A stretch of 64,000 nucleotides of DNA from an uncultured Planctomycetota bacterium. Its GTDB lineage: Bacteria > Planctomycetota > Planctomycetia > Isosphaerales > Isosphaeraceae. The stretch spans positions 32,001-96,000 of the forward strand of contig CAWJTV010000022.1 in the NCBI GenBank assembly GCA_963845755.1, given 5' to 3'. Position 1 is the stretch's first letter, and each line of letters opens with the position of its first letter. Positions 54,098-64,000 of this stretch are shown here, piece after piece. Position numbers and translations under genes: made by a program. The notes under the pieces are model-generated. The model saw only the letters and a list, made by a program, of their open reading frames with translations, had not been told where the DNA came from and searched no databases.

Positions 54098-57000
54098 TCA
54101 CGGCAAGGTGGAGTAGAAGAGGATCTGGGCGGCGATCTTCAGGGCGCTCTCGTAGGTATAGCCCTTACAGTCGATTGCCGAGTTCCGCCCCAGGGCGCAG
54201 ACTGATGTCAAACTTCGAGTAGATGATGGCCCAGTGGCCCTTGATCTTCACGCCCTCGAGTTGCGGGAAACCTTTCCCGCCGCCGGCCGCCTTGGTGTAC
54301 TGCAACTGCGACAGGTCGAATCCCACCTTGTTCGTATACAAGTCGTCCGTCTGTGGGATCGGCACCAGCGGGTTGTTGGGTAACAACTCGACCACGAACT
54401 TCCGGAACGTGGCGTCGAACGCCGGGCTGCCGCAGGCCGCGTCAGCAAGGAGTGTCCCGCCACCGGGATCGAGATGTCGCCGCAGGGCCTCAAGGTCTTC
54501 TCGGGGGAAGGAGAACGCACCGCGCCCGCTGATCGTGATCAGTGGGTAATAGACCAGGTTGGGGTCGCGGGGAAAGAGAGGTTTCTGGGTCAGGGCGACT
54601 TCCAAACCGAACGGGGGCTTGCGAAGTGCGTCCGCGAGGGTCGGAATGGCCTGGGGCGCGATGTCCCAATCGCCGGCGTGCTTGAGCTTGGCGATCCGCA
54701 GGGCGACCCGTGGTGGGACCCGCTTCGGCGCATTCACCCGGATGCCCCGGATTTCAGGCATGGTGAGCTTGTCGGGTGGGACCTCGCGACTCGTCGCAAA
54801 ATCGATAACGTTCTGGCCGACCTTGATCGCCCGGATGACCGCCGGGTTGGCCGGACTCTGCTCGGACTGGTTCCAGAAGCAGGACAGGTCCTTCGGGGAG
54901 TAGACGACCGCGGTCCGCCCGCCTTGCTGGATGCCCCAGAGGGGGTGAATCTCCGCGTTCAGAACATGGTGGGCCCGCCAGATCGGATGGTCGTCGGCCA
55001 ACGGTCGAAGGTGCTCCGACTGTTCGGGGAACAGCTCGTTCATCAACTTCCGGAAGCCCCCGTCGAACTCGGCGCTGCCGCAGCAGGCTTCGGCCAGGAT
55101 GAATCCTCCGCGCTCGACATACAGGCGCAGATTCTGCTTCTCGGCGGCGGTGAACTCCGGGGCCTTGTGGCCATTGATGAAGAGGATCGGGGCCTGGAGT
55201 AAATCCGGGACCGCCGCGGTAGCGGGATCGACCACCTGCCAGGTCAGCAGATTCTTCCAGTCGCGGGAGATGATGCCCACGAGGTTGCGGATATCGTCGG
55301 TATCGTTGTTCCAGTCGTTGACCGGCGCGTGGGAGAGCTTGTTGATCAGGACGGGCGCCCGCCCCTTGGTCAGGAACAGCAGCGCGAAGCTCGTTGCGAT
55401 CAGCTCGTTCTCCTGGTTGGCTCCGCGCCAGGAACCCGTCAGCGCGTTTTGCTCGCGAACGAGCTCCTCAGCACCCTCGCGGTACCAGTCGTGCTTGCCG
55501 AAGAAGCGGACGCCGGAGAGCCGGCCGGCCCTCTCCAGCCCGTAGAGGTAATAGTACCTCCAGACCTGGCCGCTACCGAAGTTCTGGCCCACCTGGAAGT
55601 GGCTCGCCAGCCAATCGAGGCCAAGGAGCAGCTTGGTGTTGTAACCGCCCTTACCGCAGTCCCGGATTGCCTCGCCGTCGAGATGCTCGAGTCCTTCGTA
55701 GTTCTTCGAGCCGGTGATGATCAGGCTGGAGATCCCGGCGCAGGTCATGCTCCCGGTGAACAGGTTATGACGGGGCGTGTACCCCCAGCCGCCGTCTCGA
55801 TTCTGGAATTTCTCGAAATACTGACGGGACGCCAGCCAGACCTTCGGGTCGACGATGATGCCCACCTCCCTGGCAGCCTTGAGGCCCATCAAGGCGTACT
55901 GGGTATTGGAGTTATCGCCGGCCTGGTACTTGTTGCCGGAATACGTCCAGGTCCCGGGCCAGCCTACCCGGTCGCCGACCTTGATCTGCGCGGCTTCCAG
56001 CCAGTCGACGTTGGCCGCGATCAGGAGGAGATCGCGCTCTGGATCCGCGGCGGCGAAGACCTGGGTTTGCAAGGAGATCGCGTACGTGGAGCGCAGGTGA
56101 TCGGGGCCGAAATTTCGGAGGTAGTCGAGTGCCTTCCGGACCGAGGGCGTGTCGGGCTTCTCGCCGGCCGACAGGAGCGCCAGGGTCACCAGGCTGGTCG
56201 TCCCCGTGTTGGCCTGTTTCTCGACCTCGGGCCAGGAGCCGTCTGCCCACTGCTGTGCCTTGAGGAACCGAACTCCATTCTGGATGGCGAGTTCCACTTG
56301 GATCCCGAGCGCCGATTGACGACGTTCGGTGGCCGCCACGATCGGGTTTCCCCGGGCTCCGTCGGGAATTGACGGCGGACTCGCGGGGCTGCCAGGATTG
56401 GTCTTGAGGACGCTCGTGACATCGCTCCTGGGAACGATCGGGGCTTTCGGCTCGGGCGCCTTGGCCTTGCTGGTGCTGGCCACCTCGTGGGGTTGGGGCT
56501 CGATCTCCTGGGTACGCCGGCCTTGCGGGCCGGCCAGCGTCATCACGAGGATCATTACCCACGCGCAGGCGGCCAGGGCCACGACCGCCGCGAACCCAAG
56601 CTTGGCCAGGAGAATCGCGCCCAACTCCTGTTGCAAGAGCAGGGCGATCGATGGGGAAACGGACGCCGAGACCGGCCCGGCCGTCGGGGCGGTGACCAGG
56701 GCGGCGCCGCGTGGTGGATACGGCGAGTGCCAGCGGCACGGGTGCCCCGGCGGCGGGCCTCGCGGCCAGCGCGAGAGCGGGCGCCAGGCCCCGCCGCGTC
56801 AGGCGGCGTTCCAGTCGCCGACGGCCCCGCACCAACCGGCTCTTGACGGTCCCGACCGGCCAGCGGAGGCGCTGCGCCGCCTCTTCGTGCGAGAGGCCCT
56901 CGAAGGCGCAGAGCAGGATCGGCAAGCGCTGGGTGTTGCTCAGCCGGTCGATCTCCTCATGGACGATGGCACAGAGTTCATCCCGTTCCGCGTCGTCGGT

Positions 57001-57396
57001 GGCCGGGACGGCGATCTCGCCGGATTCGGGGCGTTCGCGCCGATTGCGCCGGCAGAGGTCGACCCGGGCGCAGAGCGCGACCCGGCGGGCCACGCGATGG
57101 AGCCATCCCGCCAGCGCATCCGGATCGTGGATCGAGCGCGCCCGGCGGGCCAGCAGCAAGAACGTCGCCTGGAACGCATCCTCGGCCAGGTGGCGGTCGG
57201 CCAGCAGATGGCGACAGACGCGCAGCACCATCGGCCCATGCCGCTCGACCAGGGTCGCGAACGCCGCCTCGGATGTCTCACCACCGTGGGCGAACTGATC
57301 GAGCAAGCCGCGATCGGGCGTTGCACCCAGCGCCCCGATGTCGAAGAGCGTGCGAATCTGCTTGTCCAGAGCGATCGCCGAATCCCGGTTTGACAT
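54098..57396 (-). CDS. ECF sigma factor fused to TM + prenyltransferase-like barrel + tandem DUF4159 (frameshifts near 56705 and 54200)
   Basis: AFATLVERHGPMVLRVC, AEDAFQATFL, GLSHEEAAQRLRWPVGTVKSRL; then QWADGSW, GDNSNTQYA, QNRDGGWGY, YYLYGLER; EACCGS and DAACGS DUF4159 motifs. Confidence 0.75.
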
Positions 57397-57553
57397 GAGC
57401 TCGCTCGTCCATTCCCGGTTTCGAACCTTCTTTCCCGATCCTACCTCCATTGAGGCGCGCTCGGCGACAAAAGGTCCCGATTTTTCCAGAGAACCGCGAG
57501 AGAGTGCAACCGGAACGGATGAGGCCGAGTCGTCGCCTGTTCCGTGAAGCGAT

Positions 57554-58207
57554 TCAGGATCGCGAGCCGAAGTAGAACCCAACGACCGCCGCGAGGATAT
57601 GCTCCGGGCCGAAACGCCCGACGTGGACCCAGGGTTTGAAGAACTCGTCGATCTGCGCCGTGGGAACGATCAGGTACAGGCGATTTACGACCAGGAACAC
57701 GAGAAGCCCGGCAGCGGCCAGCGAGACCACGGCACGAACATCCTCGACGAGGCGCGGCGGTTGGTGACCCCGGTCCCGCCACCAAGCCATCACCGTGTTC
57801 AACGCCGCTCCCAGCAGGAACCCACCCACAAGGAGGAGGGTGACGACGCCTCGGTTCTGATCGAGCGACGTTAGTCGCCCGTTCTGAAAAAGGAGAACGG
57901 CCAGCGCGACCGAACCGCCCACAAGGAGCAACCGTACGCTGCCTCGCGGGAGAAACAAGGGTGGAGGGCCCTGCTCCTGGACCTCAGGGGCGCGGCGTCG
58001 CGCGGCGAAATAATGCCCCATGATGATAAACAGCAGGCCGCTGAGATAGTCCGGAACTTCTTCGGTCGGGTGGATCCAGAGCAGGCCCCAGACAGTTGCG
58101 AACATCAAGATCGCGAGCAGGGCTCGGATACTGCCCGACGGTAGGCCCAACGCATGGACCGTCCGCCAATCGACCAGGGGCTCGGAATTCGGCGTTTCCT
58201 GACGCAT
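57554..58207 (-). CDS. Hypothetical membrane protein
   Basis: About 6 hydrophobic segments; internal repeat LGLPSGSIRA / LFLPRGSVRL; ends GFYFGSRS. Confidence 0.75.
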   Translation of the reverse strand: MRQETPNSEPLVDWRTVHALGLPSGSIRALLAILMFATVWGLLWIHPTEEVPDYLSGLLFIIMGHYFAARRRAPEVQEQGPPPLFLPRGSVRLLLVGGSVALAVLLFQNGRLTSLDQNRGVVTLLLVGGFLLGAALNTVMAWWRDRGHQPPRLVEDVRAVVSLAAAGLLVFLVVNRLYLIVPTAQIDEFFKPWVHVGRFGPEHILAAVVGFYFGSRS

Positions 58208-58725
58208 AGAGCTGCCTCACATTGAGATCTTCTCAACAACTCGATTCTCTGATGCTATTCGTCCGACGCACCGATTATCTTCGTCATCACCGAGTCGAAT
58301 ATCGACAGGATCAGGGTATGACCTGCGTTAGCCAGAGGCTCCTCACAGGACCGCGAACACCCCTTACACCATCCACGCATTCATGGATGAACTCTGGCCT
58401 TTAGCCTGAGAATCCCCCTGAGTTCATGGGGGGGCGAGTGGGGCATCGATCTGCCTCGGGATCGTTGAAACCGTCGAGACAGGGGCATCGGCGTGGAGAT
58501 CGGTCAACACCCACCTGGGCCGCGGCGAGGCTCGGCTTTACGCTCGGCGCCGGGGTCGAGTATGATGCTTGCTATCGAGCGACTCGCGGTAGATCGTTGT
58601 GAAGCGAGGCGACAGCACGAGACAGAAACGTAGCGCACAACCCTCCGAATTGGCTTATTGTCGAGTCGGGGAAACTGGACCTCCGAGACGGCCGATCGAT
58701 CCTGAATTATTGAGGCAATCACACG

Positions 58726-59350
58726 ATGCTTGGTGCGAAGCTGGGGATTTCGGATTATTTGACTCGGGTCTGCCAGGAGATCCAGCGGCTGGATCCGGCG
58801 CAGGTCGAGAACGTCAGCGAGCTGGTCGAGGCCGTCTACGACGACGGTCGATTCGTGTTCATCATCGGCAATGGCGGCTCGGGTGCCAATGCCTCGCACC
58901 TGTGCGAGGATCTGGCCAAGTGCACGCTCCGCGACTTCGAAATCGCAGAAGCGGCTGAAGGTCCTGAGCCTGACGGACAACACCGCCGGCATCATGGCCT
59001 GGGCCAACGATGAGGGTTACGACCGGATCTTCCTGGAGCAGCTCAAGAACCTGGCCTCGCCGGGGGACCTGCTGCTAGCCATCTCCGGCTCGGGCAACAG
59101 CCCCAATATCCTCAAGGCCGTCGACTGGGCCAACGAGCACGGACTGACGACCGTGGGGTTCACGGGTTTCTCGGGGGGCAAGCTCAAGAACCTGGCCCAC
59201 CACAATGTCCATGCGGCGATCGATGATATGGGGATCGTCGAATCGTTGCACCAGGTCGTCTTCCACTGGATCATCGACGACCTCTACCGCCGTTTCTCCG
59301 CCAAGGAGCTCGCCCACGCGGGTGCCGGAGCGATCGGATCGCATGGCTGA
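58726..59350 (+). CDS. gmhA: SIS-domain phosphoheptose isomerase-like protein (frameshift near 58945)
   Basis: [32 protein letters not shown]. Confidence 0.82.
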
Positions 59351-60337
59351 AGATGCCTGGGTCCTGGGGATCGAGATCGGCGGGACCAAGCTGCAGCTCG
59401 GGATCGGCCGGGGCCAGGGCGAGCTCGTGGGACTGGAACGGCTCCCCGTCAACCCATCCCGTCATGCCACAGGCATCCTGGACCAAATCCAGCAGGTTTT
59501 CCCGAGCCTGCTCCGGGGCGCCCAGTTGACCTGCTCGCAAATCCAGGCCGCCGGTGTCGGCTTTGGCGGGCCGGTTGACACGGAAAACGGCGTCGTTCAG
59601 AAGTCCTATCAGATTGCCGGCTGGGATGATTTCCCGCTGGGTGCCTGGATCCGCGAGCATCTGAAGGTCCCTCGAGTCCTCGTTCATAACGACGCCGATA
59701 CGGCCGGTCTGGGTGAAGCTCGGTTCGGTGCGGGGCGCGGCTACTCACCCCTGCTGTACATGACCGTCGGCAGCGGGATCGGCGGCGCCCTGATCATCGG
59801 GGACCGGATCTATCGGGGCTTCGGCAAGGGTGCGGGCGAGATCGGGCACATGCGCGTGGTTGATGTCGCGCGGCCGGGCGCCCCCCCGCCGAACTGGAGC
59901 AGGTCGCCTCCGGCTGGGCCATCGCTCATGCCGCCCAGGATCATGCACGGATGATGATCGAAGCGCGAGGTGAGTGGGAGGTCCTGGATCGGGCCTGCGG
60001 CGATCCGAGCCAGATCACGACCGTTCTGGTCGCCCAGGCCGCCCGAGAGGGAGACTCCGAGTCGGCGATGATCCTGGCGCGCGCACACTCGGCGATCGCG
60101 TTCGCCCTCGTACAGGCCATCGCGCTGGTCGCACCCAGGCGAATCGTCATGGGGGGTGGCGTCTCCCTGATCGGCGAGGCCGAGTGGTTCGACCCGATCC
60201 GTCGCCTCGTCGAGCAGGAGGTCTTCCCCCCCTTTCGAGGCGGTTTCGAGATCGTTCCGGCCGCGCTGGGCGAGGAAGTCGTCGTCCATGGAGCACTTGC
60301 CCTAGCTCGCGATGCCGTCTCCGACCGAACTTGTTGA
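59343..60337 (+). CDS. ROK-family sugar kinase (frameshift near 59890)
   Basis: [40 protein letters not shown]. Confidence 0.9.
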
Positions 60338-60417
60338 GAATCTTCAACACGCGTTCCCTTCTGGCCACGGACGCCCCGCCCTGCCCCTCCACCACCCTCT
60401 GTCCTCGTGCCCTACTC

Positions 60418-60447
60418 TTGACAAGGGTGAAACCAAGCATACATAAT
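60418..60447 (+). promoter_or_regulatory. Putative sigma70 promoter in a long intergenic region
   Basis: TTGACA-N18-CATAAT. Confidence 0.4.
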
Positions 60448-61181
60448 TGGGTAGATGTCGCGGTTATTGGGGAAATTGACCTGGTGAAACGATTTCGAGA
60501 GTAACTTAGTCTAAATAGAAGAACCAAAGGAAGTTAGGGAATGGATCAGGGATTGGCGATCATTTTGTTCAGGATTATTGCCGCGTTCTGATCGGCATCG
60601 AGAGAGGGATGTACAATATTGTTGGTTAGGTGATGAATATGCAGCAGGTCTTCAGCGACTGTTCCGTGGGTGGGACCGATGTCGGTATAGGGTAGGTTGA
60701 GCCACGGTTGATCGCTGCGAACCCCTGCGAAGGCTTGGACACGTTCTCGGACCGGGAGTGAGCGAGGGTCGAAGATTGCCCTGGGGACGGATCTGCGACT
60801 TGCACCGGCAGCACTTTCCGAGAAAAACGCTGGGGAACGTCCGCATCGGCGCTTCTTTTGCCCATGTGGGAAGTAGAAGCCTTGAGAAGTCCTTGGATCC
60901 GCCTAATATCTAGGCAAGCCCGCTCGTTCGGAGGTCAGGTCTCGGGATGCGAAGTTGACGTTCGGAGACTTGAACCAAATCGATTTCCAGTTCGTCTATA
61001 CGATTAGTGCCCGATCGAGGATAATCCGAAAGCCGAGGGTTAATTTCAGGACGAATGACATGCGAATAGCCTGATTCGAGGATCGAGTACCGGCGGTTTT
61101 GCGGAGGGTGAGGGCAAGATTCCGAAGCGTGCCTCGAATTACTTACGGATGGCCTCTTTTTTCCTGCTGAAGGGGCACACC

Positions 61182-61424
61182 ATGACGGCAAAATTGGCAG
61201 AAACCCAACTGTGGCAGCAAAATCTCGCATCGCTGATCCGGTCGGGTCTCTTTTCCAAGGCGGCAATCGGCGAGATGAACGGTTTGTACACGGTGGTCGG
61301 TGTCTACGCGGACGAGACGCGTTCGGCACCGTTGGCCAAGTACTCCGATCTGAGACGTGCGAACGATGCTGCTGATCTCGTCAATCGCATCTCGATGGTT
61401 CGGCAGTCGATCGAGTCGAACTGA
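61182..61424 (+). CDS. Small hypothetical protein (80 aa)
   Basis: RBS AAGGGG; protein-like composition MTAKLAETQLWQQNLASLIRSGLF... Confidence 0.65.
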   Translation: MTAKLAETQLWQQNLASLIRSGLFSKAAIGEMNGLYTVVGVYADETRSAPLAKYSDLRRANDAADLVNRISMVRQSIESN

Positions 61425-61541
61425 ACCGAGTGGGTCCGTAGGACCGGGAACCCTCAACGACCATGGCCTCCCGCAGGACGCGGACCGAGGCCATGGTTTT
61501 TTTCGTCCAGGTCGGCCGGGGTCGCGCGACGGCGATCCCGC

Positions 61542-63522
61542 ATGTTGGGAACGGCTCGGTTTCGTCGGCAGGAGGCGCGGATCGCGGTCATGGATGCCAC
61601 GGCCTGGCGGAAGAAGCGGATCGTGATGGTGGTGCTCGGCACCCTGGTGGGGCGCTGGAGCGACCCGACGCCGGGATCCACCGTTTTCCCGTCCCCTCAA
61701 GAGACCGTCCGGGCGATAGGCCGCCGCCTGAGCCAATCGTGTTCGGAGCGCGAGCTGACCGCGATCGCGACGCACGCCGCGGCGATCCTGGATCGCCTGC
61801 AACCCGGCGAGCGGGCCGCCCTGGGGCGGGACTACCTCCGGCTGAACGTGGATCGTCCGGTCGTCGTGGATGTGGCTGTCCCGATCGGTTCCATCCCGTT
61901 CTGGCTGGGAGATCGCGGCTTCCGCATCACGGATCAGGAGCTGGTCAATCCCGACACGAGCTGGCGGCTCTATCGACGCATCTTCGATCGCGGACGCATC
62001 GAGCTGGGAGTCAACGGACTCGATCGGACTCCCGCGGCGCATTACGTGGTCTTCCTCAGGCCGATCGGGAAGGACCCGGCCAACGGAGGCCGGCCGGTCG
62101 TCACGCTCGCCGCCGGACAGGAGGCGAGCTGGAGGATCCTCATCGCCCGACCTGGAGTGAGTGCAGCGTTCGACGCCTGGAAGCCCTTCGCGGCGCTTCC
62201 CCAGGAGCTCGATGGTGCCGTCATGCTCCAGGCCTCGCACGACCGCCGGCACTCGGTCCTGCTCGCCACCGGCCGAGTCTGGAAGACCCATGTCGTCGCC
62301 GGCCAGCAGCCCGATCAGGTCGCGATCGCCTTCGGCGCCGATCCGCGCGAGAGCTGGTCTGGACCTGGCGGACATCGCCGGACGTCAGGACGACGGCCGT
62401 GCGGGTCGTGCGATCCTCACGCGGCGCGGATCGGAAGAGGCCGCCGGGATGGGAACCGCGCCCGGAGGCGGTCCGGATCGTCGGTGGTGACTCGACGTGC
62501 CTCGACGTGCCGAGCGTGCTGAACGATCCGGTCGTCCGTGAACACCGGGTCAGGGTCTCGGGCCTGGAGCCCGATACGGTTTACGACTACTCCCTCGGAG
62601 ACGGGACTCCCCGGGGGTGGGGACCCTGGAAGTCGGCAAAGACCGCTCCGGCCCGCGGGCGTCCGATCCGGTTCCTCTACCTGGGGGATGCCCAGACGGG
62701 GCTGGCGGCTGGGGACAGCTCCTGGAAACGGCCGCCCGCGCGCACCCGGACCTCGACTTCCTGATGCTGGCCGGCGACCTCGTCGATCGGGGAAACGAGC
62801 GGACCAACTGGGACCATTTCTTCCTCCGGGCCGCGCCGGTCTTTGACCATCTGCCGTTGATGCCCTGCGCGGGCAACCACGAGTATCTCGACGTCGGTCC
62901 GCGCTGGTATCGTGCCGTCTTCGAGCTACCGCACAACGGACCGCCGGGTATCGAGCCGGATCTGGTCTACTCATTCGAGGTGGGGGAGGCGTGCGTGGCG
63001 GTGCTCGACAGCACGCGCGCCGTCTGGGATCCGTCCACCGCGCGTGCGACAGGCGGAGTGGCTCGACCGGACATTCGCGAGGACTCGCGCGGCGTGGAAG
63101 CTCGTGATGTTCCATCATCCGGTCTACCCCTCGCATCCCTCGCGCGATATGCCCGCCCTGCGCCAGGACTGGGTGCCAACCTTCGACAAGCACCGTGTCA
63201 ACCTGGTCCTCCAGGGACACGATCACGCCTATCAGCGGACTTATCCGCTCCGCGCGCACCATCGCGTCGAACGGCCCGGCCAGGGGACGGTTTATGTGAT
63301 CGCCGTCTCCGGAGACAAGTACGTGGACCTGTCCCCGCGACGTACGTCGAAGTCGGCTTTACCGGTGTCTCGACCTATCAGACGATCGAGATCGACCCGG
63401 AATCAAATCGCCTCAGCTATCGAGCCTGGACCGAGGACCGTCGGATGATCGACGAGTTCACGATCGAGAAGCCCGCGCGTCGCGGCCTGATCTCCAGGAC
63501 CGACGGCCGCAGCGGGCAATGA
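61542..63522 (+). CDS. Purple acid phosphatase-like metallophosphoesterase with FN3 domain (several frameshifts)
   Basis: HRVRVSGLEPDTVYDYSLG; GDAQ, AGDLVD, GNHE, VMFHHP, QGHDH spread across frames. Confidence 0.85.
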
Positions 63523-63577
63523 TGTCTAGAAAGAACTCGCCGCCGTGGGGCATTCTCGCAGTCGATCGCCCCCGGAG

Positions 63578-64000
63578 TCAGTGGGCGCGTTGCCGATAGG
63601 TATCGAGCCAATCCTTACCGGTCTCCTTCGTCAACCCGGCGAACGCGGCGTCGATTGTGGACTTCGACGGCCGACCCGCCTTCTCGCGGGTCATACCCTC
63701 CTCGGCCATGGATTGGGCGATCCTGCCCCAATCGTTCGAGCCCAGTCCGTAGGAGAGAGCGGCATAATACCAGACCCGTGCATCGTCCGGATGCGACGAC
63801 AACAGCTTCCGGAACAGGCGGTAGGCATCCGGGTATCGTTTCTCGCGGAACTGGCTGATGCCCGACTCGAGCGACGCCTCGGCAGACGCCTCGCCTTTCT
63901 CCAAGGAGGTCGAACGCGCCCTCGGCTCCTTCGGCCTTTTGAGTACGATCGACGACGGGCGACCCCTCCCGACCCCGGCCGCCCGGCGCACGATCCTGTG
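63578..64000 (-). CDS. C-terminal part of a TPR-containing protein (5' end outside the window)
   Basis: GISQFREKRYPDAYRLF...HPDDARVWYYAALS. Confidence 0.6.
   Translation of the reverse strand, partial: HRIVRRAAGVGRGRPSSIVLKRPKEPRARSTSLEKGEASAEASLESGISQFREKRYPDAYRLFRKLLSSHPDDARVWYYAALSYGLGSNDWGRIAQSMAEEGMTREKAGRPSKSTIDAAFAGLTKETGKDWLDTYRQRAH

Overview
GC-rich chromosomal window that looks like a planctomycete of the Isosphaeraceae type. The evidence is ECF-sigma/Ser-Thr kinase pairs, proteins with an N-terminal LE-x-R-x-L motif, a DUF4159 protein and an LRR protein. Many genes, including the essential tmk and holB, carry single-base frameshifts, so most breaks are probably long-read sequencing errors. 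Housekeeping content: sodA, an RluA-family synthase, greA, a MacAB-TolC-like exporter, a ThDP keto-acid decarboxylase, tmk-holB, gmhA-ROK and a purple acid phosphatase. Two regions stand out. (1) At 26.3-33.1 kb there is a three-level nest of mobile elements resolvable to the base. An IS4 (13-bp TSD) contains an IS66 (8-bp TSD), whose tnpB is split in its conserved KRLE motif by a minimal ~2.6-kb large-serine-recombinase element (small ORF + LSR, 5-bp CAAGA core). (2) At 42.4-52.9 kb there is an accessory cluster: ECF sigma, small peptide ORF(s), a B12-dependent radical SAM enzyme with a C-terminal RRE-like tail, an S53 peptidase, a small barrel protein and a DyP peroxidase. This is a candidate peptide-modification (RiPP-like) locus. 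I saw no rRNA, tRNA, CRISPR array or reverse transcriptase. All family calls come from recognising motifs by eye; no database searches were run.
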